The position numbers were made by a program, and so were the translations under genes. A stretch of DNA of 24,000 bases from positions 80,265 through 104,264 of the forward strand of contig MKRJ01000011.1 of the NCBI GenBank assembly GCA_001896885.1. The letters run 5' to 3'. The notes beneath the pieces are model-generated. The model was given only the letters and a program-made list of their open reading frames with translations. It ran no database searches and was not told where the DNA came from. Positions within the stretch are counted from its first letter, which is position 1. Each line of letters opens with the position of its first letter. The DNA is from Rhizobiales bacterium 65-79 (GTDB lineage Bacteria > Pseudomonadota > Alphaproteobacteria > Rhizobiales > Rhizobiaceae). Positions 12,710-21,095 of the stretch are shown here, piece after piece.

Positions 12710-13738
12710 TCAGGCCCTGAACAAGCCGCGATTGCCGAACAGCGGAGCCCTGTCGGCGATGGTGCTCGGCTCGGTGTGGTAGCGTGTGATGCGCTCGATT
12801 TCCGGCAGCGATCCGCAGATGAACGGCGTACGCTGCCGCAACGTCTCCGGCACGAGATCGAGCACCGGGCCGGCCGCGTCGGACGCGCCGCCGCCGGCCT
12901 GCTCCACGAGCAGGGCGATCGGATTGGCCTGAAAAACCAGCTCGATATGGCCCTGCGCGCAACCGGGCCGGTTGTCGGCCGGCTGCAGGTAGACGCCCCC
13001 ATGCATCAGGATGCGGTATATATGAGCGACCAGCGATGCGCCCCAGCGCATGTCGAAGTCACGCTTGCGCGGTCCGTCGGCGCCGCTCAGGCAGTCGTCG
13101 ATGTAGAGCCGAACGGCCTCCCGCCAGTGCCGGTAGTTCGAGGCGTTGATGGCGTATTCGGTTGCCTCCGCGGGGATCATGCAGCTCTCCTGCGCCTGGA
13201 CGAAAACCCCGAGCGGCGCCGAGAATATGAAAACATGGGTACCCTTGCCCAGCGTCAGCACAAGCCCCAGTTGGGGACCGTAGACGACAAAACCCGCTGC
13301 AAGCTGTCTCCTGCCAGGCTGCCGGAACGTTTCCCTTTCATCCGCCTGCAAAGCCGGCAGTACCGAGAAGATGGTTCCGACCGCCGCGTTGATATCGATG
13401 TTGGAAAAGCCGTCCATGGCCTGGATCGCGACCGCCAGCGGCGCATTGCGGTCAAGGGTCGCTGGAGCGTCGCCCTGCTCGGCGGCATAGAAGGCGACCG
13501 GCGCGTTGGCCATCGCCTCCAGGAACGTCGCGTTCGCCCGCGCTTCGAGAGCGCGCCTGGGATCGTCACCCCCGCTCGACAGCGGATCGCCGCCACCTGG
13601 GCCGACGGTGCCCATCATGGCGCGCAGCTTCAGCGCGGCGGAGGCCAGCGCCCGCACCGTTTGCGCAACGGCGGGCCGCAACCCGGTCTGGGACACCATG
13701 TAGGAATCCAGAAACGCATCGAGCGTCGAGGCGATCAT
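12710..13738 (-). CDS. cbbF: class I fructose-1,6-bisphosphatase homologue (CbbF-like) with degenerate active site
   Basis: 342 aa; FBPase-family blocks INAAVGTIFSVLP, EYAINASNYRHW, VRLYIDDCLSG, FDMRWGASLVA, NPIALLVEQAGGGASD; cbb operon context. Metal-binding motifs are altered (see findings). Confidence 0.85.
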   Translation of the reverse strand: MIASTLDAFLDSYMVSQTGLRPAVAQTVRALASAALKLRAMMGTVGPGGGDPLSSGGDDPRRALEARANATFLEAMANAPVAFYAAEQGDAPATLDRNAPLAVAIQAMDGFSNIDINAAVGTIFSVLPALQADERETFRQPGRRQLAAGFVVYGPQLGLVLTLGKGTHVFIFSAPLGVFVQAQESCMIPAEATEYAINASNYRHWREAVRLYIDDCLSGADGPRKRDFDMRWGASLVAHIYRILMHGGVYLQPADNRPGCAQGHIELVFQANPIALLVEQAGGGASDAAGPVLDLVPETLRQRTPFICGSLPEIERITRYHTEPSTIADRAPLFGNRGLFRA

Positions 13739-13806
13739 CCTGCTTCTCCCGGACGCGCCGACATCCTCGACGTTTCCCGAAAACAGAATGACAGGGGAAC
13801 CGGAGT

Positions 13807-13841
13807 TTAGTAAAATTTAATTTCCTTACATTCGAGATAAG
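13807..13841. promoter_or_regulatory. Candidate CbbR (LysR-type) binding region between cbbR and the cbb operon
   Basis: AT-rich island with TTA-N7-TTA (13807-13819) and inverted repeat CTTA-N9-TAAG (13825-13841, contains T-N11-A) in the 119-bp divergent region. Confidence 0.5.
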
Positions 13842-13857
13842 AAAAACCTACTGAGAA

Positions 13858-14796
13858 ATGCGAAACATCTCCCTGAGGCAGTTGCGGGCCATGTCGGCGA
13901 TCCAGCGTCACCGCAAGATCGTTTCCGCAGCGGCCGAACTTGGCCTCACGCCGCCCGCCGTCACCCTGCAGCTGCAGCAGCTCGAGCATGAAACCGGCCT
14001 GGTCCTGTTCGACCGGACGCCCGACGGCATGCGCGCGACGGCGGCCGGGCTAGCGGTGCTCGACGCCGCGCAGGCCGTCGAGGAGCGGCTTCGCGTGCTT
14101 TCCGACGAGATCGATGCCGTCAAGGGGGTGAAGCAGGGCAGCCTGCGTCTCGGCGTCGTCTCGACCGCGAAATATTTTGCGCCGCGGCTGATGGCGGCCT
14201 TCATGGCGGATTTTCCGGGCATCGAGATGCGACTGAAGGTCGGCAACCGCGCCCAAACGATCGACAGCCTGAAAAACCACGATCTCGACATCGCCCTGAT
14301 GGGGCGTCCGCCCGACGACGTTCCCGTCCGAGCCGTCGTCATCGGCGATCACCCGCTGGTGATCATCGCCGCGCCTGATCATCCGCTGGTGAGGCAGCGC
14401 GACATCAGCAAGGAGATTATCGCGGGTGAATCCGTGCTCCTGCGCGAGCCCGGCTCGGGAACGCGCACATCCATGGAGATTTTCATGCGGGGCGTGACAG
14501 GGTGGATGGACAGCCCCGCCATCGAGATGGATTCGAACGAGACAATCAAGCAATCGGTGATGGCCGGTCTCGGGGTGGCGTTCATTTCCGGCCATACGGT
14601 ATCCTACGAATTGGAGGCCGGGCGGCTGGCCTTGCTCGACGTCGTGGGGATGCCGCTTCGGCGGCAATGGTTCGCCGTCGCGCGCAGCGATCGCGTCATG
14701 ACCCCGGCAATGGCCGCGTTCCACGATTTCCTGGCGAGATCGGGCACCCGCTATCTGCCGGCCTTCGGCCGATTGTATCCGCAGCAGGCATCCTGA
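13858..14796 (+). CDS. cbbR: LysR-family transcriptional regulator CbbR
   Basis: 312 aa; N-terminal wHTH LRQLRAMSAIQRHRKIVSAAAELGLTPPAVTLQLQQLEHETGLVLFDRT; divergent from the cbb operon. Confidence 0.95.
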   Translation: MRNISLRQLRAMSAIQRHRKIVSAAAELGLTPPAVTLQLQQLEHETGLVLFDRTPDGMRATAAGLAVLDAAQAVEERLRVLSDEIDAVKGVKQGSLRLGVVSTAKYFAPRLMAAFMADFPGIEMRLKVGNRAQTIDSLKNHDLDIALMGRPPDDVPVRAVVIGDHPLVIIAAPDHPLVRQRDISKEIIAGESVLLREPGSGTRTSMEIFMRGVTGWMDSPAIEMDSNETIKQSVMAGLGVAFISGHTVSYELEAGRLALLDVVGMPLRRQWFAVARSDRVMTPAMAAFHDFLARSGTRYLPAFGRLYPQQAS

Positions 14797-15006
14797 TGGC
14801 GGCATGGCAGCGGGCGATCAGCGCCCCCCGATACCTGGAGGCAAGTCCGCCCGCGGCGCGCCGCGCGGCCGCATCGTCGAGCGGCGCCGGTGTTGCGTCT
14901 TTCCCATCGCGCTGAGCGAGCGGACGTCGATATGCCGGAGCGCGGCCACGGTGCGCGTGGCGCGTCGGCGGCCGAGGCAGTCCGATGAAATCCGGCACCT
15001 GCCTTT

Positions 15007-15588
15007 TCAGACGCCTGTGACCAGCTTCGCCATGACGACGATGATGGCGACCTGCATGAGGCCCTGGCTTGCGACCACGTAGTAGAAGCGGCTCATCATC
15101 CGGCCGATCTTCTGCCCGTCCGGAATTGGCTTCTGCAACTCGAAGCAGACGCGCAGGCTCGTCGGCAACAGGTAGCCGACGCCCTGGATCGTCATCAGCG
15201 TGACCAGTACCAGCGCGGCGGCGATCCAGCCGAATTCTGGCCAGGGCAGTTGGGTGAAGCCGAGTTCGACGGCGAGGAACCAGCCGGCCGTGCCAGTGAT
15301 GACGGACAGCGTCGGCATGAGGAACAGCGTCACCGGCGTCAGCCGCGTGATGATCTCCTTGCGCACGGGGACGGCGACGCTCCGGATGATCGGGCCGATG
15401 ACGAAGCCCATGAACAGGTCGATGCCGGTCCACAGCACGCCGCTCATGACATGGACCCAGTTGAGGAACCAGACATTGCCGTAGGCGATCGCGACGAGCA
15501 TCACCAGAAGCGCCGCCGCCACATACCATAGATAATGCCACCGGATCAGGCCCGGCCGGCCTTCCGGAATTCCCTCGATCGCCGTCAT
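15007..15588 (-). CDS. predicted polytopic membrane protein of unknown function (resembles CopD/PuuD-type 4-5 TM proteins)
   Basis: 193 aa, hydrophobic segments WYVAAALLVMLVAIAY, NWVHVMSGVLWTGIDLFMGFVIG, LFLMPTLSVITGTAGWFLAV, FGWIAAALVLVTLMTIQGVGYLL; assignment by resemblance only. Confidence 0.7.
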   Translation of the reverse strand: MTAIEGIPEGRPGLIRWHYLWYVAAALLVMLVAIAYGNVWFLNWVHVMSGVLWTGIDLFMGFVIGPIIRSVAVPVRKEIITRLTPVTLFLMPTLSVITGTAGWFLAVELGFTQLPWPEFGWIAAALVLVTLMTIQGVGYLLPTSLRVCFELQKPIPDGQKIGRMMSRFYYVVASQGLMQVAIIVVMAKLVTGV

Positions 15589-15814
15589 CGTCCTGCCCTG
15601 CCACCCAAAAAAGGAAAGATACGCCCGCGCCCGCTTTCGGCCAAATCAAATCGACGGGGCGGATCTCCGATCGGGATCGGCCGCGCGCCCCACCCCCCGG
15701 GGAGGGACGGGATCGCAGTGCCGTCTCGAAGCCGGCTTGCCGCCGCGATAGTTTTGTATCAAACTATCTGTCGCGCGAGGAGGCATCCTTGCGGATCGGT
15801 ATCGGGAGGAACAG

Positions 15815-17109
15815 ATGACGTCGACACAAAGTCTGGGGAGGCGCGTCGGACGGCGCACCGTCCTCAAGGGCATGGCGGCGGCCGGCGCTGCCGGCGCGGC
15901 AAGCTTCAGCGGATTGGCGCCGGCCTTCTCCGCGCCGAAGACCATCAAGATCGGGCTGGTGATGCCGCAGACCGGGCCGCTGGCGTTCTTCTGCGAGCAT
16001 ATCCCCTTCGTGCTCGAACAGGTGAAGAAGGCGACCGGCGGGAACCTCGACATCGGCGGCACGAAGCATCCGTTCGAGATCGTGGTGCGCGACAGCCAGT
16101 CCAATCCCAACCGCGCGGCGGAGGTGACGCAGGACCTGATCCTCAACCAGGGGGTCAATCTCATCGCCACCTTCGCCACGCCGGAAACGGTCAACCCGGT
16201 CTCGGACCAGTGCGAGCTGAACGGCGTCCCCTGCGTGTCCAACGACGCGCCGCTGGAGCCTTATTTCTTCGGCCGTCATGGCGACCCGAAGAAAGGGTTC
16301 GAATGGACCTATCATTTCTTCTTCAGCGGCGACGAACTGGTCAACTGCCTGATCCCGTTCTGGAACCGGCTCTCCACCAACAAGAAGATCGGCGGGCTGT
16401 GGCCGAACGACGGCGACGGCATCGCCCAGTCGAAGGGTTTCCCGCCGGTCATGCAGAAGGCCGGCTACACGGTCACCGACCCCGGGCGCTTCGACATGCC
16501 GGCCAGTAACTACAACGCGCAGATCGGCGCCTTCAAGGCGGCCGGCTGCGACATCGTCTCGGGCGTGGTGCCGCCGCCGGAAATGACCACCTTCTGGAAT
16601 GGCTGCGCCCAGCAGGGCTACAAGCCGAAGGCCGTCTATATGGGAAGGCGCTGGAATTCCCGGCGGGTATCGCGCCGCTCGGCGCGCGCGCGGAGGGCCT
16701 GACGACGGAGGTGTGGTGGTCGCCCTTCCATCCTTATTCCTCGTCGATGAACGGGCAGACCTCGAAGGAACTCGCCGATTCCTACGAGGCGGAAAGCGGA
16801 CGCCAGTGGTCGCAGCCGCTCGGGTTCAGGCATTCGCTCTTCGAGGTCGCGCTCGATACGCTGAAGCGGGCCCAGGACCTCGACAAGCCCGAATCCATTC
16901 GCGACGCGCTGAAGACGACCAATCTGAAGACGATCGTCGGGCCTGTCGACTTCGCCACCGGACCGCTTCCGAACTGCTCGCTGACGCCGCTCGTCATGGC
17001 GCAATGGCGCAAGGGGAAGAAGTATCCCTTCGACATCGTCATCGTCGACAATTCGAAGTTCCCGGAAATCCCTGTCGGCGGAGAACCGGAGCCGATACCC
17101 TACAGTTGA
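15815..17109 (+). pseudogene. HAAT/Liv-type ABC transporter substrate-binding protein, interrupted by an apparent -1 nt frameshift near 16641-16650
   Basis: Tat-like signal (GRRTVLKGMAAAGAAG), mature IKIGLVMPQTGPLAFFCEH; reading continues in another frame as GKALEFPAGIAPLGARAEGLTTEVWWSPFHPYSSSMNGQTSKELADSYEAESGRQWSQPLGFRHSLFEVALDTLKRA to the stop at 17109. Confidence 0.85.
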
Positions 17110-17120
17110 GAGGCGGGGGT

Positions 17121-17149
17121 GGCCGGCGCGGAGATGGGGCGCGCCGGCC
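17121..17149 (+). promoter_or_regulatory. Intra-operon mRNA hairpin between the substrate-binding protein gene and livG
   Basis: Perfect 10-bp inverted repeat GGCCGGCGCG / CGCGCCGGCC with 9-nt loop, no T-tract. Confidence 0.65.
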
Positions 17150-17192
17150 TTGACCATTGACGAGGGGATGCCGGGGACGTGTCCTGTTGAGA

Positions 17193-17909
17193 ATGCTGGA
17201 ACTGATCGGCCTGTCCCTGCACTTCGGCGCGCTCAAGGTGCTCGATGGGCTCGACCTTACCGTCGAGCGCGGCGAGGTGCTCGGTGTCCTCGGGCCGAAC
17301 GGGGCGGGCAAGACGACGCTTTTCAATGTCATCGTCGGCGTGCATGCGCCGAACGCCGGGCGCGTCCTTTTCGAGGGGCGCGACCTTGGCGCCATGCGCA
17401 TGTGGCATCGCTGCCGGGTTGGTATCGGCCGCACCTTCCAGGTGCCGCGGCCCTTCTCGGACATGACGGTCTTCGACAACGTTCTGACCTCGGCGGTGCA
17501 TGGCGGCGGACTGTCGCTCGCGGAGGGACGCCGGCAGGCGGAGGAGGCGCTCGACAGCGCGGGACTGACGCACCGCATCGGCCAGCGGGCGGGCAACCTG
17601 CCGCTGCTCGACCTGAAGCGGCTGGAGCTTGCCAAGGCGATCGCCTGCCGCCCGCGCCTGCTCCTGCTCGACGAGATCGCCGGCGGCCTGACCGATCGTG
17701 AATGCGAGGTGCTGCTCGGCATATTGCGATCGCTGCATGGGCAAGGCATGACCATCGTCTGGATCGAGCACGTCATGCATGCGCTGCGCGGCGTCGCCAG
17801 CCGGCTTGCCGTGCTCCATGGCGGCAGGATCATCTCCACCGGTTCGCCCGACGATGTCCTCGCCGATCCGCGCGTCCACGAAATCTATCTCGGGGACGCG
17901 GCGGCATGA
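17193..17909 (+). CDS. livG: branched-chain amino acid-type ABC transporter ATP-binding protein (LivG family)
   Basis: Walker A GPNGAGKTTLF, Q-loop GRTFQVPRPF, Walker B LLLLDEIAGGLT, IEHVMHAL; start ATG 17193. Confidence 0.92.
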   Translation: MLELIGLSLHFGALKVLDGLDLTVERGEVLGVLGPNGAGKTTLFNVIVGVHAPNAGRVLFEGRDLGAMRMWHRCRVGIGRTFQVPRPFSDMTVFDNVLTSAVHGGGLSLAEGRRQAEEALDSAGLTHRIGQRAGNLPLLDLKRLELAKAIACRPRLLLLDEIAGGLTDRECEVLLGILRSLHGQGMTIVWIEHVMHALRGVASRLAVLHGGRIISTGSPDDVLADPRVHEIYLGDAAA

Positions 17910-18613
17910 ACGGGACGCCGCTCCTCTCGGTCGAGAGCCTCTCCGTTTTCTACGGCCATTTTCGCGCTTTGGACGCGGTCGAGCTTTCCGTCGGCGCCGG
18001 AGAGATCGTTTCCATCATCGGCGCGAACGGAGCCGGAAAGTCCTCGCTGATGAAGGCCATCGTCGGCCAGGCCGACCGCATCGAGGGCCGCATCTGCCTG
18101 GAGGGCGCGGACCTCGCGGATCGAAGCACGGCCGAGATCGCAAAGGCCGGGGTCGCGCTCGTGCCGGAGGGGAGGCGGCTTTTCTCGTCGCTTACGGTCG
18201 AGGAGAATTTGCGCATCGGCCAGGAGGTCGGACGCGAAGGGGATATCGGTTTCGACGACATCTATCGCATGTTCCCGGTGCTGCGCGAAAGACGACGCCA
18301 GTTGGCGCGGCAGCTTTCCGGCGGCCAGCAGCAGATGGTGGCGGTCGGCCGGGCACTGCTCGCCAATCCGAAGCTTCTCCTGTGCGACGAGATCAGTCTC
18401 GGACTTGCCCCGGTCGTCATCGGCGATCTCTACGAGATGCTGCCGAAAATCCGCGAGCGCGGCATCGGCATCCTCGTGGTCGAGCAGGACATCAGCCGTT
18501 CGCTCGCCGTCGCCGACCGCTTCTACTGCCTGCTCGAAGGCCGCGTGAACTTGAGCGGCCGGCCGGCGGAAACCAGTCGGGAAATCGTCGCCCGGCACTA
18601 TTTCGGAGGCTAG
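17906..18613 (+). CDS. livF: branched-chain amino acid-type ABC transporter ATP-binding protein (LivF family)
   Basis: Walker A GANGAGKSSLM, VPEGRRLFSSLTVEENL, LSGGQQQMVAVGRALL, LLLCDEISLGLAP; ATGA overlap with livG. Confidence 0.95.
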   Translation: MNGTPLLSVESLSVFYGHFRALDAVELSVGAGEIVSIIGANGAGKSSLMKAIVGQADRIEGRICLEGADLADRSTAEIAKAGVALVPEGRRLFSSLTVEENLRIGQEVGREGDIGFDDIYRMFPVLRERRRQLARQLSGGQQQMVAVGRALLANPKLLLCDEISLGLAPVVIGDLYEMLPKIRERGIGILVVEQDISRSLAVADRFYCLLEGRVNLSGRPAETSREIVARHYFGG

Positions 18614-18618
18614 GACCG

Positions 18619-19485
18619 GTGCTCGGAGGTTGGCTCAACCAGATCGTGCAGGGCGTACTCCTCGGCGGGCTCTACGCCACCTTCGCCATGGGGCTGTCGC
18701 TCTCGGTCGGCATCATGCGCTTCGTCAACATCGCCCATGGCGACCTGATCGTGCTCGTCTCCTTCCTCATCCTGACGCTGACGACGACGCTCGGGCTTTC
18801 GCCGCTCGCCGCGGTGCTGGTGACGTTGCCGATCACCTTTTTCGGCGGCTATCTCCTGCAGCGGCTCCTGCTGCAGCGGGTGCTCGGCAAGGGCGTGCTG
18901 CCGATCATCCTCGTCACGTTCGGCCTTTCGATCATCGTCCAGAACGGACTGCTCGGAACCTACGGCGCGGATACGCGCAAGGTCGCGGGCGGCTCCTTCG
19001 AAACGGCGACGCTGATGCTCGGCGGCGGCGTCAATGTCGGGGTCCTGCCGCTCACCATCTTCCTGTCGGCGATCGCCATGGTGGTCGTGCTCGACTTCGT
19101 GCTGTACCGGACACGGCTAGGCGCCCGCATTCGCGCCGTTTCGGACGATGTCGCGGCCGCCGACCTTATCGGGCTGCCGTCGGCACGTATCTATGCCACG
19201 GCGATGGGGATCGTCGGCGTCACCATCGCGATCTCAGCGGGCTTCATGTCGATCTGGACGAATTTCGACCCGACCAGCGGGCCGAGCCGTCTGCTGGTCG
19301 CCTTCGAGGCCGTGGTGCTCGGCGGGCTCGGCAGCCTGTGGGGCACGCTTGCCGGCGGCATCATCATCGGCATCGCCCAGGTGGTCGGCGCGCAGGTCGA
19401 CGCGGCATGGCAGTTGCTCGCCGGGCATCTCGTCTTCCTGGCCATCTTCATGCTCAGGCCCGAGGGCCTGTTCCCGAAATATTGA
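18619..19485 (+). CDS. livH: branched-chain amino acid-type ABC transporter permease (LivH family), GTG start
   Basis: GVLLGGLYATFAMGLSLSVGIMRFVNIAHGDLIVL and SAGFMSIWTNFDPTSGPSRLLVAFEAVVLGGLGSLWGTLAGGIIIG. Confidence 0.94.
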   Translation: MLGGWLNQIVQGVLLGGLYATFAMGLSLSVGIMRFVNIAHGDLIVLVSFLILTLTTTLGLSPLAAVLVTLPITFFGGYLLQRLLLQRVLGKGVLPIILVTFGLSIIVQNGLLGTYGADTRKVAGGSFETATLMLGGGVNVGVLPLTIFLSAIAMVVVLDFVLYRTRLGARIRAVSDDVAAADLIGLPSARIYATAMGIVGVTIAISAGFMSIWTNFDPTSGPSRLLVAFEAVVLGGLGSLWGTLAGGIIIGIAQVVGAQVDAAWQLLAGHLVFLAIFMLRPEGLFPKY

Positions 19486-19496
19486 GGGCGGGCAGG

Positions 19497-20543
19497 ATGA
19501 AGGCTTCAACGGGAGCGTTTGCGATATGGTGCGGCCGCCTCGCCCTGTTCGCGGGGGCCGCGGTCCTCGTCGCCGCGCCGTGGCTCTTTCGCGTCACCGA
19601 CATCGCGCTTCTTACCGAATTCCTGTCGCTCCTGACGATCGCCGTCATGTGGAACCTCGTGGCCGGTTATGCCGATATCGTGTCGGTCGGACAGCATGCC
19701 TTCGTCGGCATCGGCGCCTACGCTTTCTTCGGCTTCGCCGTCATCGCCCGCATCGATCCGTTCTTGGCCATTCCGCTGGCGGCACTGGTGGCGCTTCTCT
19801 TCGCCATCCCGGTGATGGCGATCATCTTCCGCCTGCGTGCGGCCTATCTCGCGGTCGGAAGCTGGGTAGTCGCCGAGACGCTGATGCTGGCGGCCGGGAA
19901 GCTTTCCGCCTTCGGCGGCGGATCGGGGATCAGCATGCCGGTGTCGGTCGTGCGCATCTTCGGCGCGCATCCGGCGGAGCGCTATGCGACGATCTACTGG
20001 ATCGCCTTCGCCGTGGCGGCGCTTTCCCTGGTCTCGACATGGCTCCTCATGCGCTCGCGCATCGGGCTCGGCCTCACCGCCATCCGCGACGACGAGCAGG
20101 GCGCCGGCGTCGTCGGCGTCAATCTCTCCGGGCTGCGCATCCTCTGCTTCCTTTGGGCGGCGCCGTTCCTCGGTCTCGCCGGCGCCGTGATCACCCTGCA
20201 GAAACTCCGGGTCGCGCCGCCGGCCTCCTTCTCCATCATCGACTGGACGGTCTATGTGATCTTCATCGTGGTGATCGGCGGCATCGGCAGCTTCGAGGGA
20301 CCGATCATCGGCACCGTCATCTTCTTCCTGATCCGCTCCTATCTGAGCGAGATCGGCGTCTGGCATTTCATCATTCTCGGCGTGCTGTCGATCGCCGTGG
20401 TGCTGGTGGAGCCCCGCGGCCTGTGGGGGCTGGTCCGGCGCTTCCTGCCGGAGGACGTGATCCCGATCACGCGGCGCCCGCCGCTGCCCGGCCGCCCTAC
20501 GGAGCAGGCAAGCCGGCCCGCCGAGAGCATTGCGCACGAGTAA
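19497..20543 (+). CDS. livM: branched-chain amino acid-type ABC transporter permease (LivM family)
   Basis: SLLTIAVMWNLVAGYADIVSVGQHAFVGIGAYAFF and TLQKLRVAPPASFSIIDWTVYVIFIVVIGGIGSFEGPIIGTVIFF. Confidence 0.94.
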   Translation: MKASTGAFAIWCGRLALFAGAAVLVAAPWLFRVTDIALLTEFLSLLTIAVMWNLVAGYADIVSVGQHAFVGIGAYAFFGFAVIARIDPFLAIPLAALVALLFAIPVMAIIFRLRAAYLAVGSWVVAETLMLAAGKLSAFGGGSGISMPVSVVRIFGAHPAERYATIYWIAFAVAALSLVSTWLLMRSRIGLGLTAIRDDEQGAGVVGVNLSGLRILCFLWAAPFLGLAGAVITLQKLRVAPPASFSIIDWTVYVIFIVVIGGIGSFEGPIIGTVIFFLIRSYLSEIGVWHFIILGVLSIAVVLVEPRGLWGLVRRFLPEDVIPITRRPPLPGRPTEQASRPAESIAHE

Positions 20544-20560
20544 ACATCGAGGAGACGAAA

Positions 20561-21094
20561 ATGCCCGAGAAAGCGACGAGCGAATTCTGGCGCGAGCTGA
20601 AGCCGATCACCACGGTGTTCCAGCCGAACGCGCTCCCGGAAATCTATACCGCGCATGCGGCGACCGAGGACGAGCGCTATTACGTGCCCTTCACCGAGAC
20701 GGTGTCCTCGCGGCCGCTCTGGATTTCGCCCAGCCAGAACAAATGGTGCGATGTGTTGATGGCGAAGAAGGCCGGGCTGGTGAACCGCCACTATCACCCG
20801 CACCAGGTCTTCGCCTACACGATCTCCGGCAAGTGGGGCTATCTCGAGCATGACTGGACCGCGACCGCGGGCGACTTCGTCTACGAGACGCCGGGCGAGG
20901 GGCATACGCTGGTCGCCTACGAGCACGAGGAGCCGATGAAGACGATCTTCGTCGTCGAGGGGCCGCTGATCTGGCTCGACGACAAGGGCAAGGCGGACGG
21001 CTATTTCGATGTTCACATGTATATCGCCATGTGCAAGGCGCATTACGACAAGGTCGGCCTCGGCGCTGGGATGATCGACGCGATCCTGCGGTAG
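20561..21094 (+). CDS. cupin-fold protein resembling the 2,4'-dihydroxyacetophenone dioxygenase (DAD) family
   Basis: 177 aa; metal-binding cupin motif GLVNRHYHPHQVFAYTISGKWGYLEHDW...GDFVYETPGEGHTLV. Confidence 0.75.
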   Translation: MPEKATSEFWRELKPITTVFQPNALPEIYTAHAATEDERYYVPFTETVSSRPLWISPSQNKWCDVLMAKKAGLVNRHYHPHQVFAYTISGKWGYLEHDWTATAGDFVYETPGEGHTLVAYEHEEPMKTIFVVEGPLIWLDDKGKADGYFDVHMYIAMCKAHYDKVGLGAGMIDAILR

Positions 21095-21095
21095 G

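Noticed and set aside
12706-13002. N-terminal extension of the phosphoribulokinase ORF
   Set aside because: Overlaps cbbF; homology begins at MSAKHPIITIIGSSGAG (12705).
14696-15649. 317-aa minus-strand ORF around the orphan membrane gene
   Set aside because: Overlaps the 15007-15588 ORF in another frame; that ORF has clear TM periodicity while this one does not look coherent.
17779-18618. Large N-terminal extension of the livH ORF (568 aa)
   Set aside because: The extension is the out-of-frame reading of livG/livF; LivH homology starts at the GTG at 18619.
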